Numbered from the whole stretch's first letter, positions 26,278 to 39,702 are shown. The stretch: 62,900 bases of DNA, filler included, from Hausera hauseri (GCA_046269625.1; 11 parts of 11 records of this genome joined end to end with filler, not necessarily neighbours in it), one strand, 5' to 3'. Numbers and translations: made by a program. The notes: generated by a model not told the origin, from the sequence alone.

Positions 26278-27716
26278 TTAAACCAAAACCAATTCTTTAT
26301 TTGATGACAAAAGAACCCCATCTGTAATTGTCGGGTTATTTTATTGTAGTGATATTCTTGGGGCGCCAATTCCCTTAACTTCCTTTCAGTATGTTTAGGA
26401 CGCTTAGAACGACAATTTTTGGCAAGTGACAGAAAAATCGAAATTAATAAAATGAGAACAAACGTTGATAGTATATCCAATTGATACTATCGGTAATGTG
26501 GTTAGTTCCATTGGTGCTTGTGCTGTAACTAGAATCGTGCTTTCGTCGTCTATGTTTTTGTATGTGTGCGATTTTGCACGAATTTCGTCTAAGGTGCGCA
26601 TTATCAGTATTCAGATTTGTTTATCTTCTGCGTGTACTTGTATTGTATAACCAGATTTTAATCTTAACAAATTGCGCTGTCTGGTAAGTGTTTTTAAGTA
26701 ATGTGACAATGTGATTATTGTATGTTGTTCGGCAGTTTATATGTATATCGTAATTTAGTTTTTTTTCTACAAAGAACACAATTTTGAATCTATACGCCGA
26801 ATACTTAATAGGTATACTCTGTAATTTTCTTTTAGGCACACTGCCTTGGGTAATGGGTTTGGTAATGGTACTGACTCGAGTGGTCGGATTTTTGGTTGTC
26901 GTTTCTATTGGAATCCTCCATATTTTATTCTTCGAATAATAGGTTCGTAACTGTATGCTCGGTTTGTTTGGCCTCACTTCATATAAGTCACATTTTATTT
27001 TGAATTCCTGGTTTACTGGAAGTTTATAACATAGATGTTGCACGCCCGCACGGACGGAACAGTATTCTATTTTTGGAGTTTGTCCGTTTACCGCTTCGAA
27101 GACAATACTAATTTCTTGATTAAATTTTAATCCTGTTCGAGCATCTACTTGGATGCATTGTTTTTCTTATTTATTGAGATACTTTTTATATTTTCATCTA
27201 ATAACCGTATATCTGGGTCGGTGGATTGTAGAATCGCCGGAGCCAAGGGGGAATAACCAACTGAAGTTGTGGGTTTACTTCTATATAGACTTCTGCTGAG
27301 TCCGACAAATACATGCAATAAGTAAGGACGTAGGTATGAATAAAATCTATGTTGCAGCACTGGGTATAATCTCCGAGTTCAAAATCACAGTTGTCCTCTT
27401 TTTTGTTGCTACATCCTATAGGACAATTTGAAATCTTCCAAAGTCGTGATGCAGTCCTCAAGCTTTAAATCCAGCACACAGAGTCTGGCAAAAAGTAATG
27501 AATCATCATTGATTGTAACAATTTAGTGTCTTTTCAATTTTGGATCTCTTCCGCTGTTGGTTTATTTTCCTTTACTACGTTTTTTTGTTTTAATCCACTC
27601 TTCCAAATTCCATATACGTTCTCTCGCGTAATTTGGTCGTACCATCATTGGGTTCGTGTTTTTGGTATGTAAGCAGCAATTAATAATAACACTAAGACTA
27701 TCTGCACATACGACAT
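26278..27716 (-). pseudogene. Family B ORF-D: type I membrane protein (signal peptide, Cys-rich region, FN3-like domain, TM, tail) downstream of integrase
   Basis: ATG at 27716 gives MSYVQIVLVLLLIAAYIP. TM is STFVLILLISIFLSLA followed by KNCRSKR. Colinear with 38920-39650. Confidence 0.65.
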
Positions 27717-27752
27717 CGGTCTAGCGATAATTGAAGAAGTTTGTATCTCACG

Positions 27753-30628
27753 TCAACGTAAATTGTAACGCTTATTAGGTCGTATCTTCGTCTTAACGAA
27801 TCTTTGTACTGATGCGACTTCTTCCTTACCATTTCTGTTGATGTACACTGTAGTTGGCGTAACTTTAGTAACCTCATAAGGTCCCCTGCCTGTACGAGTC
27901 AGTTTTAATGACGTACCTTTTTTGCTAATGGGTAATGTACATAAACCCAATTTCCTTGTTCCAAAATCGTGCGGTTTTGCTTTCTTAACATTTTGCTTCT
28001 TAAACTATTCTTGATATTTTCGAGATAATTCTTTGGCGATTTTACAGCACTTTTGCAATCGTGTCTGTAGTACTTCTGCAAAATTTTGCTCTAAATCTTC
28101 GGGACTGATCACGTATGGCGTCATTCCTAAATCTGTGAGCAACACAGCTTCACGACCATACATTATGAAAAATAGTGTAAATCCTGTTGCCGGATGTGGA
28201 GTAGTATTGATTGCAAATTGAGTTCCTTCTAGAAATTCGTCCCAATATTTTTGGTCTTTGGCTACTACCGTGGATAATATACGTATAACAAATGCGTCCA
28301 TTCGTTCAACCATTCCATTCCACTGCGAGTGATGGGCGGTGGTAGTTAACTGTTCGATTTCAAATATTTTGGTAATCTTTTCGAATAGTTTACTTATTCA
28401 CCGGAGGTCCATATCGGCAAATGATTCTTCTTACTATAGCTTCGGACAAGGTTTCTGCCTTTCGATCAATTAACGCTATCAAATCGACAAAATGATTTAG
28501 TCGATCAATACAAGTTAAGATATGTTTATTGTTTTTGTGGGTCGTAGGAAGTGGTCCTACGATACGCAATGACATGGCTTGCATAGGTCTGTCGGACACA
28601 TAGATTGGTTTTAATTCCGTCATGTAATTCTTTGTCTTTTTCTGTTTAGTTGCACATACTTCGCAAGCATTTACCCAGTTTTTCACATCAATATAGATAC
28701 TGGGCCAAAAGTATTTATGCAATATTCTTTCTAATGTTTTCTTCCAGGACATGTGTCCGGCCAAATATGAATCATGTTCCTACTTTAAGACTTCAATTCA
28801 ATAAGACTTCAATAACTATCAGCTCTTTTCCCTTTCGCTCATAATATAGAAGGTCTTCGAGACCCTTGTTGGCGATATATTATTTCTTTGAGCTTACTTT
28901 TCTTCCTTACAGTTATTGCACTTATTTTGGTTTTCAATATTGATAGTGCATCGGCATCTACATGTTTATTCCCTGGCTTATACTGGAATTCTATATTATA
29001 TCTAGAGATTTCTTCAATACATCTGTTTAGTTTGCATGTCGGCTTATTTGCTTGTCCTTTTAGAGTCGTGAAGACCTTGTGGCCAGTAACAATTATAATT
29101 TTCTGCCCGTACACGTAAATGTTGAAGTATCGAAGCGCTTCCTTTACGGCTAGAGTTTCTAATTCAGTAACGGAATAGTTTTACTTTGCCTTTTTCAAGG
29201 AACGTCCTCCATTAGGAATTGGGTCTTCTAATTCTTCATCTTCTCTTTCCTGCACGAAATCATATCCAACATATTCTTTACTGGCATCTGTCTTAATTAT
29301 CAATGGTAAATTGAAGTCTGGATATCACAGAACTGGTTCGCTTTTTAAAATTCTCTTCATTTTGTAGAAATTCTCTTGCTCGATGTCTGTCCATTTCCAT
29401 TTAATTCCCTTTTTAAGTTGTCGATATAAAGGTGCATTTATTTTCGAGTTATCCGAAACATAACTGGAATAACACCCACATAAGCCTAGCCAGTGTCTCA
29501 ACTCTTTCTGATTTTGTGGATTATGCAGTCTGATATTTTGTTCAGTAATGATTTATCTGGTTTTGATCCTCCTCCAACTACATGGCCAAGGTAGGATACT
29601 TCATTTTGAGCCAATTTACATTTCTTTGGGTTAAATTTTAATCCTGCTTGTTCTAGTCTCATCAGTGTGTGCTAAATATCTTTAAAATGTTCTTCTACCG
29701 TCTTTGACTCGATCATCACATCATCTAAGTATGCAAAAGCATGAGATAGTCCCATTAGCATTTTGTTCATCATTCTTGTACAAATGGCTGGTCCGGTAGT
29801 AATACCAAATGGCACGACATTAAACTCATAGACGCTACCGTGCATTTTGAACGCTGTTTTATATCGATCATCGTCTTCGATTTCTACTTGCCAGTATCCA
29901 GATTGTATATCCAGAGTATTAAACCATTTTTCTCCGGAAAGCCTATTCAAAGCTTCTTTTACGGACGGCAGCGGAAAAGAATCTTTCATCATAATGTTAT
30001 TCAGTGTTCTGTAGTCAATACAGAATCTTTTTTTTGTATTACCTTTCTTTTTAACCATGAGGATTGGTGAGTAACAAGATCTATAACTGTGTTTAATTAT
30101 ATTGGCTTTAAGCATACGTTTGACCTCTTTTCTTATCTGGAGTCTTAATGAATGTGGAGGAGGATTCCATTTCGGCATATTTTGATCTTCAAGATATATC
30201 TCTTCATTTGAACTAGGCTTCTTTTTAAGCGGAATGGTCAATTTTAATGCTTTTGCTCTACCGATATCTTCGTCATCTTTAGCAATGATTGATTTATAGC
30301 GACACAATAATTCATAGAATCGACAGTAATATTTGAGAGTAAACTTGGTTTTGAAATGAGGTGGAAATTCTGCATACTTGTAAGGCTTTTCTTTAATAGT
30401 TATAGACGACACTTTATAAGTATTACATAAAATAGTATAAAAATGAATCTTGATGGGAGTTGGTGCATTATTTGCTATTCTGATCGGTACATGATCGGAG
30501 TGTACTCTCGTCAATATGTTACTGAGTGTTATATTTGGATTTGATGTCTCTCTTGGTTCAAAATATACCGGCTGGTCGTCATCACGTTGAATTTGTGCGT
30601 AGACTATCATTTCGGTTCTCCGTGGAAT
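27753..30628 (-). mobile_element. Family B pol: RT, RNase H, integrase with GPY/F module (Ty3/gypsy order), degraded
   Basis: RFCIDYRTLN, DIQSGYWQ, PFG, YLDD; TDAS, YSVTELE; H..GH...CEVC; NGMVER; RGPYEV. Confidence 0.95.
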
Positions 30629-30728
30629 NNNNNNNNNNNNNNNNNNNNNNNNNNNNNNNNNNNNNNNNNNNNTTAATTAATTAANNNNNNNNNNNNNNNN
30701 NNNNNNNNNNNNNNNNNNNNNNNNNNNN

Positions 30729-32154
30729 ATGAGCGACAACCCTAGCAAGATACCAAGACTCTTGACGGCCAGCCAACGTTCTAAATACTTACAAGAAATT
30801 TATTTGAAGTTGAGATGGGAACACGAATGGACCCCTAAGAACCCTATACACAATTTACGCAGCTCTATTAACCCTGAACAGATAGATGGAAAGTACAGAG
30901 GAAATATAAAACCTTATTCCCCGATTCGAACTATTCAGCCAATGGACGAACACAATCTCCAGATTACAGTACCAAAACAGAAGACTGAGAATAAGATCAG
31001 ATCACAAACGACTAAAGAAAAGGAGACATTGCAAGAAACATCAAATGCCCCACAAGAACAGAAAAAAGAAAAAAGACCAGAAACGATAAATAAAAAGATG
31101 AGATTAGAGGAGAAACCCCAACCTAGAAAAACATTATCTATATACAATTACCTATTTAAAAGACGGAAAACGGACGAGGGACAAGAAATAGACAACAATC
31201 AAAATCAACCAAGCACTTCTCAAAGTATAGAACCGTCAAAGAAGGGAATTAAGAATCCCTTAATAACAGAAATCAATACCTTGATAGGCAAAAGAAGCAA
31301 AGAAGATGTACACTATAAAACAAATCAAGAATTTCCTAGGATGTTGGTAGCCACCGAATACTATAGCAAGAAAATAATAAAGGAAGCAATGTTCTTCGTA
31401 AAACTTGCCCCAGCCAGAGAGGTATTCGAAAACACATGTGTGGGAAAATGCTAAAATCGGAACTTATTTTACCTCAATATTTCGTTCCAAGGAAACAAGG
31501 AAAATAGTAGTTCCCGTGGATAAACAAATCCGAGTGTTATTGAAGAAACAATATCAAAAGTATAAGATAGAAGGAAATATTCCTGACCTAGACAAAGATG
31601 TGATGGCAGATTGGACCCTAATCCAAGTAGATTGCGACCCACGTAAAAGCTCCATTAACCCAAAACAAAAAGTGATTCATGGCTACTTATACCAGGATAA
31701 AGACGGTCTCGTATTCGAGCCTATTGAATTAATCATCCAGGTGGATTTGGATAGAGAAGACTGGAACAAGGAAGACAGCGAATGCCCCGTTTGCGAGGCA
31801 AACCTGAGACAAGGTTATGTGGTTCTAGATAATCGAAATTGCCGTCATAAATATTGTCGAGATTGTTTAGAGAAGTGGACACTCGACAATGGGAAAACGA
31901 CATGCCCAGTATGCCGGGCCGAGGCCACAGATTTAAAGTACTATTCGGATGGAAGTTACACACGGGTTGTTCGAATAAAACCCTATCATAGTTATGATCT
32001 GGAAACAAACGTAGTAATCCGTCGAGATCAACAAAACTCCCCTTCAGACTTAACAGAGAGAATGAATCAATTGAGAGATCCTAGAACGTTGGGCGTCACC
32101 TCTTCTGACGCAATAGGCTCCTCCGAGGATGCCGCTCAGGGAGGAGAAATGTGA
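30729..32154 (+). pseudogene. Family B ORF-E C-terminal part: RING-HC (C3HC4) finger protein with one frameshift
   Basis: CPVC...CRHKYCRDC...CPVCR at 31783-31917. Homologous to 40680-42031. Confidence 0.85.
32138..32149 (+). promoter_or_regulatory. Polypurine tract of family B (second copy at 42061-42072)
   Basis: Both copies read CGAGGATGCCGCTC, then a purine run, then TGT. Confidence 0.8.
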
Positions 32155-32784
32155 GAGAATGACAAATGGAATATCGAATACCGAATAGTCGATAATTGTA
32201 AATAATTGGTGTCGGAAAGTGCAGCGGTTATAATTTTAGAATTTTGTACATATTAGAATAATGTGCGCTATTTATCAAATTTTACGATAAATCTACAATT
32301 TTGAAAATTGACTTTTAACCAAATTGGACGACTAATAAACATGTGGAATTAGAATTAAATTGAGAATAAATATTATGTTGAGATAAAGCGAGATAAAGCC
32401 GAGTATATAAGCTGAAGTCAAAATTAGAAGTGGAAGAAACATTTTTTTTGCGACTTAGGTTCGCACAGCTTACTATTTTTCTTGCGAATATAATTGAGTC
32501 AGTAATTAGTGAACAACTTAGCGTTGGTCGAAACCGAATCGATTGAACGATATTTAATTCGAGTTCGAAAGAGAAAACTAAACTTGTGACATTAACGTTG
32601 TGATCATTGGAGATCTTGTGTATCGGTGTATATTAATAAAGGTTGATTTTATTTCGTTGTTAAAATCATATAGGTTTTCTTCATCGGCCCTTAAGGCTGA
32701 TTTGCACTTCCCTAAGGTCAAAATCAGACTCAACTTAAATAGTTAAGACTAGAAGTTTTAACCTAAGGCAATTGATTTTTTACA
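32150..32784 (+). repeat. Family B 3' LTR (right boundary approximate)
   Basis: Starts TG right after the PPT; TATATAA near 32404; AATAAA near 32635; candidate TTACA end near 32784. Confidence 0.55.
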
Positions 32785-32895
32785 CGCAGTACCTGCAATA
32801 CAGTTAAATTTTTTTTAATTTATTAAGGCACAAGCAGATTACTCGAGATCGAGTAATCCTAACCTGCTCGAAGAGCGACTCTAATTCGAAGTAAA

Positions 32896-33129
32896 TATTG
32901 TTATAGTGGGAGAAGGTAAGGGCCACCCCAAACTGTAACAGTTATATTATTGCGGCTGACCGATCGAAAATATTGGATAATGATGATAAGAGTGTAGCAG
33001 GTAGTGTTATCAGTACATCGGATGTTGAAACCAGAAGCACAAACGAGGGCAAGGAATCATCATCAAGATCAACTAATCGTTGTGTTATAGTTCCGGGTGG
33101 GCCCTATACGTCTCCCAACTATAACAATA
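32896..33129. mobile_element. MITE-like element with imperfect TIRs of about 40 bp
   Basis: TATTGTTATAGTGGGAGAAGGTAAGGGCCACCC at the left end vs reverse complement TATTGTTATAGTTGGGAGACGTATAGGGCCCACCC at the right end; TA at both ends. Confidence 0.7.
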
Positions 33130-36100
33130 AATTACACTACAATTTATGATAACGATTACTATGCAAGTTCGGTTTAACGTTCTCGATCTGATTAATGTGT
33201 CTAGTCTTTTTTGCAATGCTTGTATTGAATGCGAAATTGGTAACTGTGTTTCAAACACTTCTAATCCTAATTATTTAAGATTTTACTGTGGAATCTAGAC
33301 TTAATGTAGTGAAATCCCACTTAATGGGCGATGGAAACTATAGATAAATTTACAATAAAAATTTATTATACAAACAAGTAACCAAATTTTGGACGACTTA
33401 CAATGTCGTAATCAGAATATCAATTTCAATGGAATTATATCTCGTATTTTATTTCGGAATCTCGCTTTGATAACACTGAATTCTGCAACGATTGACTTAT
33501 TTGGAATCACACTTCACCGCAATATGACTGCAATACTGATTAAGTAACTACGGTCCGCAATCTGTTCAACTTCAACACCTAATCGTCTGAAACTGTTCAC
33601 TCAACAATATTCAACTGATGTTCGTTAGTTCACTACTTATATCTGCACTGAACGTAGGTGACTTCCTCTGAGTTTGATAAATATTTATTTGTATTTGTCC
33701 GAATTTCGCATGATTTCCGTTGAATAAATTAGTATTTCCGCTGATTAATTTCCGTTGATTATATTAACTGATTAATTCTCATAAAATAAACAGTGTCATA
33801 CAATAAATACATTTTAAGTGCATTTGTCCATTTCTTATGTACATCATCCTCTATTTTCTTATGATGTTCTGTTTTCACGTGACTAGAATTTAAATTTTGG
33901 CCCCAAGCAAAAGAAAAACTTTGTCATAACCCTAATATATGTGTGTGAGTGTGTGTGTACTAATTGATTGGATATTATACAATCAAATGAATAAAACCGA
34001 ATGGAGTTGACAGTTCGTCTTCTTATGACGACATAAATGACTAAATTGGTCCTTTCATCCAACAACATCCTAAAAGTGAATAATGATATCAAATACCCAA
34101 TTTAATTAAAATTTAGTAATGTATTACGTTGGATTTTACAAATCTTTTACATTTGTTTTTGTTGGACAGCGCATTTCCAATAATTTCAAATAGAATTTTC
34201 ATTAACTAAACATTTATGTCTGGAAAAATTTCCAGTAATAAAAATTATTATGCAAAAAAATATTTCTTTGAAAACCACTTCAATTTTAATATCACATCAT
34301 ATTTCATTAATATAATTGAGAGGATTGCCACTTTCTTGGTGATGCTTGAGCATTTTACTCAGATCGTCAGTATTCTTATCCATTATTTAATTAATGGTAC
34401 TAATTATTCAGAAAATGTGAATTATGTTATTTCCATTAGATTTTTGTTATTAATTCGTAATTCTCACGTATAGGATTAATATATCACACCGCGTTAGAAT
34501 AAAGCAGATCAAGGTATTATATTTCATTAATGAATTTTTGTACAAAACATTTGTTGAAATTTGGTATGGGACGATGTTAATAATAAATAAAGTATTTAAG
34601 CCAATAATGCTAACTGATTGGTGGTATATTGTTGGTGTGTCTTACCCTGCGTTTTTCAAGTACCTACAGTGAAGCTCCGTTAGTATGAATTTCTTTCAAA
34701 TTCTCCGAGTTTCGAATTAACCGAAATCTTCCTTTGGGAGCCAAATCCCGTGCAGTAAATTCTGATTTTATTATAGAACACGTTTGCATACCATTTAACT
34801 TACAATTGATTGATTTATACACTTAATATGATGTTGCAAGTCCCTTCTTGTCNNNNNNNNNNNNNNNNNNNNNNNNNNNNNNNNNNNNNNNNNNNNTTAA
34901 TTAATTAANNNNNNNNNNNNNNNNNNNNNNNNNNNNNNNNNNNNNNNNNNNNTAAGAACTATAGGTGAATCTAATAATCAACAAGTAATCAAGGCCAGGA
35001 AGAAGTATGAAGAAAATTGGCAGCAAATGGAAGTTTATCATAGATTAAGAGAACCAAAAACAGAGTACAAAAAGGCTATAGCGCCTAGGAATACTAACAT
35101 GGCCAGAAAGGAAAACCTAAATCCAGTAGCAAAGCCGACTACGTCTTCAAGTGTAGACTTGGATGCAGATACCGAGGTCGAACCTCAAAATAATGACAAA
35201 ACAACATATGAGGTTGAGAGCAAATTCATTGGTCCACTGATACTCAAGATAACCAAATATAGAGGTAAAGGCCCTTCACTTAGGAGAAGATCAGGACTCC
35301 TTCACGATCCCCTATTAAAAAGGATGTAGAAAAGGAGGATGACTTTATCATCACTTTAAGAAATGAATGATGTATGTCCATTACCCCGTAGTGAAGAGGA
35401 ATCAAAAGAGAAAAAACCTGTTAAGTTTGGGAAGATTAGAAAATCTTGGAAAAATGCAAACGAACTAACCAAAATAAGAGACGCACTGAACGATCCCGGA
35501 AGGTCACAGGAGAGCCTACAAAAACTTCAGCAGATGAGCAAACAGTTGGATATCTCTGGGAAGGAACAACAATTCATAGAGAAGATATATAAAAAACTTA
35601 AACCCGGCCCTCACAAGGAGAAAGAAAACATACCTCACGAACTCCAAGAAACGCGGCAAGACTTGATAGGAAGTTGGAAAATAAAATAGAACTGTGGACA
35701 AAGAGTGGGATCGATTTTACGAAAATATGGTGGAATAGAAATGAGCCGTTTCTTGATCAGGTTAATCAAGCGCAAGGATTATTAGACACACTAAAGGACA
35801 ATCCAAAACTAAAACGCGTAAGACGTTATTTAGAAGGATTGATATATGAGATCGAATATGCGATAATTTCTTATCTCCATAACAAGCCAGTATATGAACT
35901 AACTAATGCCGACTTAGAGATATTGGGTATAGACCCAATCGATATTCCCCCTCTAATAGCATTGTGCAGCCTGATAAAGAATAGCCCTCGAAAATACCCA
36001 GATTTAAAAAACCGGATTGAAAGAGAAAACAAAATACAAATCAAAATTAACGACTGTAAAATCGGTGTAGTTCACCCTGGAAGAGCAGAAGCACAGAGAA

Positions 36101-37564
36101 TAATACGCGCTTATCTTCTTGAATTAGACGAGTATAAAGACGAATTCAACTACATGAAACATATCATAGAATTTGTATGAGGGCCAGATCACGAACTAAA
36201 AGAAGCTGTTGAGACATTAAACGAAATAATCTACACTAAACCGGCAATATCCAAACAATTAAAGAAGTGGATAGACTTTCTACCTTCAATAGCAGGGATA
36301 ATAAACGAAAGACTGAGGGAATTCGCCGTGGTTGAACCTATAATAAGAAACCAATTGGAGGAAATGTTACTGGATATCGGTACGATGGAAGAGGAAGCAA
36401 AATTACGAATCAAATTCGAATCATTCCGAGAACTTGAATTTATGAGAAACGACACTAACAGAGATATATAATATGATAGAAGAAAAGGAATTCTACAGAA
36501 AAAGAAGCAAGCTAAGTGATCTTCAGCGAAGTTTAGCAAATATCCGTAGGGTAGGAATACAGAGCCTAATGCAGAAACCGTTGAAGGAAATCTCAGTACA
36601 GGAAACAGAAACGTTAGAAGTATGTAATGATCACCGGATTGCTCTAGCGCAAACAATACAATATTTACAGAATCCAGCAGAATGGACGCCAGGTTTCGAC
36701 CTACATTGCCACACCGAACTAACGGAAATTAGGAAGGACCTTCAGTTGACGAGCGATGAAGCCAAGTTCATAGGCAGGCTAATAGACGCAATAGATCCGG
36801 ACGTCGAAGTATTAAATCAAACACACAAATTAATTCTACTATTAACAGAAATGGCAGAAATTGACGAAATAGTAGCCAGACGACTAACAGATCGAATACG
36901 TTTGATAAAAGAAACACGGTTACGCTCCGAGAAAAGACAGCGCGAGCTAAGCGAATTACTGAGAGAAACAGAAGTTTATAAGAACAAGTATTACCTTACG
37001 GAATCTGAAATGAACGACAAAACGGAATTTATACAGAGATGGCAAAGAGACAAAATCGCAAAAATGATTAGTTGTCGGGAGAAAGCTCTGATACAACCAG
37101 AAGAAATGTACCGATTAATAACATTGATACAGCAATCGTGCGGAAATGGAGACGGATTTAGGATATCCGTAATGAAAACATTACAACCGCAGATAAGAAA
37201 ATTACGCAAAAGAGTCCAGGTCAGACATGCGGCACTATTGAACTACGAGTTACCTGACGCAAATAATGATGCCGAGTGGGATGAATATCTCCTAGGTTTA
37301 ACCGAGCGAAGTCAAAGAACCCCAATACAAATTTATGAGTCACCTACTGGTGCCCAGAAGATGAAATTTAACGTGCAAATACTACTTGATCCTGCGCTAG
37401 CTGAAAGGGAATTGAGCGGTGCATTGAAAACAAACATAAATGAAGATAAGTTAAAAAAATTGATTCCAACTCTGACTAAGCTATACAGTGAAAATACCGC
37501 ATACAGTGCACTACCCAAGCTCCTAATAAGAGAATACGCTAAACTATTGAAAAATAAACCGAAA

Positions 37565-37790
37565 GCGGAAATTAAAGTGAAAGAATCATCCGAATGGATG
37601 AACAATGAGGAATTTGAATGTACTACCTATACCACCGTTGGGAATACAAGACAACGGATAATGGATAAAAATGGTAGGAAAGGAGTTAATTACCGACTTT
37701 ATTTCAGAGGCAGGATATTAAACGAGCTAGAATCCTTAATAAACGTAGGAATTGTACCTTCCGAGGAAAATCGAATAATAGCAATAATTG
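37565..37790 (+). other. Ubiquitin-like domain within family B ORF-A (second copy about 46965-47190, minus)
   Basis: IKVK...TTVGNTRQRIMDKNG..VNYRLYFRGRILNELESLINVGI and TSVGEIKQWIVQNSG..ENYQLYFRGRILDEPELLIDVRI align with ubiquitin [37 protein letters not shown]. No terminal GG. Confidence 0.75.
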
Positions 37791-39702
37791 TCAGTGAACA
37801 GACCAAAGACGAAGCCATAAGAAAGGCACATACAGAATCTTGCGTTGGAAAAATCATGGGGATTCAGGATGCCGCAATGTATTTCGAATACTTACAAACT
37901 GATGATGACAACCCGCAACACGATAAAACTTAGTCTCTCTAAGTGAAACCTTACTACCGATGAAGTCTAAACGACCGGTCGGAAAACCGAGAAAAAGAAA
38001 AGAAATTAACTATAATGCAGACCTAATTAGGAAATTTAGACAACTATAGGTACCAAGCCCGAGTTGAGCTAATGAAAGGCCTAATTAGGATAGTCAATTA
38101 TACCGGACTCCAAGGCGACATATTATCCGAGAAGAAAAGACTAATATATAATATAGCCCGGACAATGAAGATTTCACGATTTAAATTATCTAAAAGCATC
38201 CTCCCTGAAGAAACAGTAATTTATAGAATTATGATAGACAATACGATGGAAGAATTAGGGAAAGTCTTGATATATTTAGCAATCAGAACTTAACCACTCC
38301 GGGAAAACGAATTTGACAAGACAATTGGGTTAGCTAGAAAAGCTGCAAGAAGGGTACCTAAAGAAATAAAATGGACTAAATTGTTCGAAAAAGGGGAAAA
38401 TACAAAAGGAACTAATAAGTTAGAGGATATGATACGAAATATCTTCCCGAACAAAGGAAACGAACCCAATTGGTTAATCAACTTGCTGACGATAATGATG
38501 CTAGTAAAGCAGATAAGAACAGTTACTATATACGACTGCGACAAATTTAATGTGGATTCGAACGTTTAACCACTACCGCGTACCACCCCAAATTTAATGG
38601 AATGGTCGAACAAATGAACGCAACAGTCATTCGAATATTATCAACGGTAGTGGCCAACGACCAAAGGGATTTTGGCGAATTCCTAGAAGGGACACAGTTC
38701 GCGATCAATACGACCCCACATTCAACAATAAAATTTACACCGTTCTTTATGATGTATGAACGAGAGGCAATCTTACCCACAGATTTAGGTATGATACCGT
38801 AAGAAAAGAACCTCGAGGATCTAGAGCAAAATTTTGCCGAAATCTTATAGACAAGTTTGCAGAAGTGTCGGGAAGTTGCAAAAACATTATCATTCGAATA
38901 CCAGATACATTTTAAAAAATAATTTATACACTTATATGAAGTTCAACCGAACCAGTCGAGTATTTACCTAGGAATTTATCAATTGAAAAATCAAATTTGG
39001 GAAACTCCACCGGAAATGACGACAAGCGGAATTACGACTACAAAAATAAATATAACTATTTCTACATGCATCAAAATCGTCTAAAAGAGTGGATTGTCTC
39101 AAAAGGATTTAGAATGATTCCTATAAAGTATTGGACACAACAACATGAAATAACTTTCGTTGTGGAGGAAGCGCTTAATTACGACGTAGAAATAAGCTAC
39201 CGAACATTACATAATAACCAAAAATTAACACAGGCTAAAGGTCGCTATCAAATCAAATGTACCTAATTGAAACCCAAAACAGACTACATAATACAAGTAA
39301 GTGCAGAGAACAGACAAGATAGAACATTTACGGTACGGACTCTAAACGAGATTGTCTTAACAAAACCACTAACTAACGAGGAAACGGAAGAGGAAACTAC
39401 GATTACCGTCAAAACGAAAAAACTAACTAAATGTACAACTTTTTAATAATATCAATTATTGGATCGTCAACATTTGCTCTCATAACTTTTGTTGCGTTTT
39501 TCCGATTTATTGCCAAAAACTGCCGTAATAAGAGTCATAAAATCACCGAGAGGGAATTAAGGGTAATGGTACCGCAGGATGGAATCAATGATAGAGTAAC
39601 TTGACAATTACAGGTCGGGTTATTCCACCATCAAACAAAGAATTAATTCAGATTTAGAACAATACTTTGTTATAGGATTGACCCTTATTTTTTGTTTTCA
39701 GA

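Noticed and set aside
30629-30728. Apparent head-to-head arrangement of pol (-) and the RING ORF (+), suggesting an antisense accessory gene
   Set aside because: The two are on different contigs. The 34953-42092 copy shows RING on the same strand as integrase.
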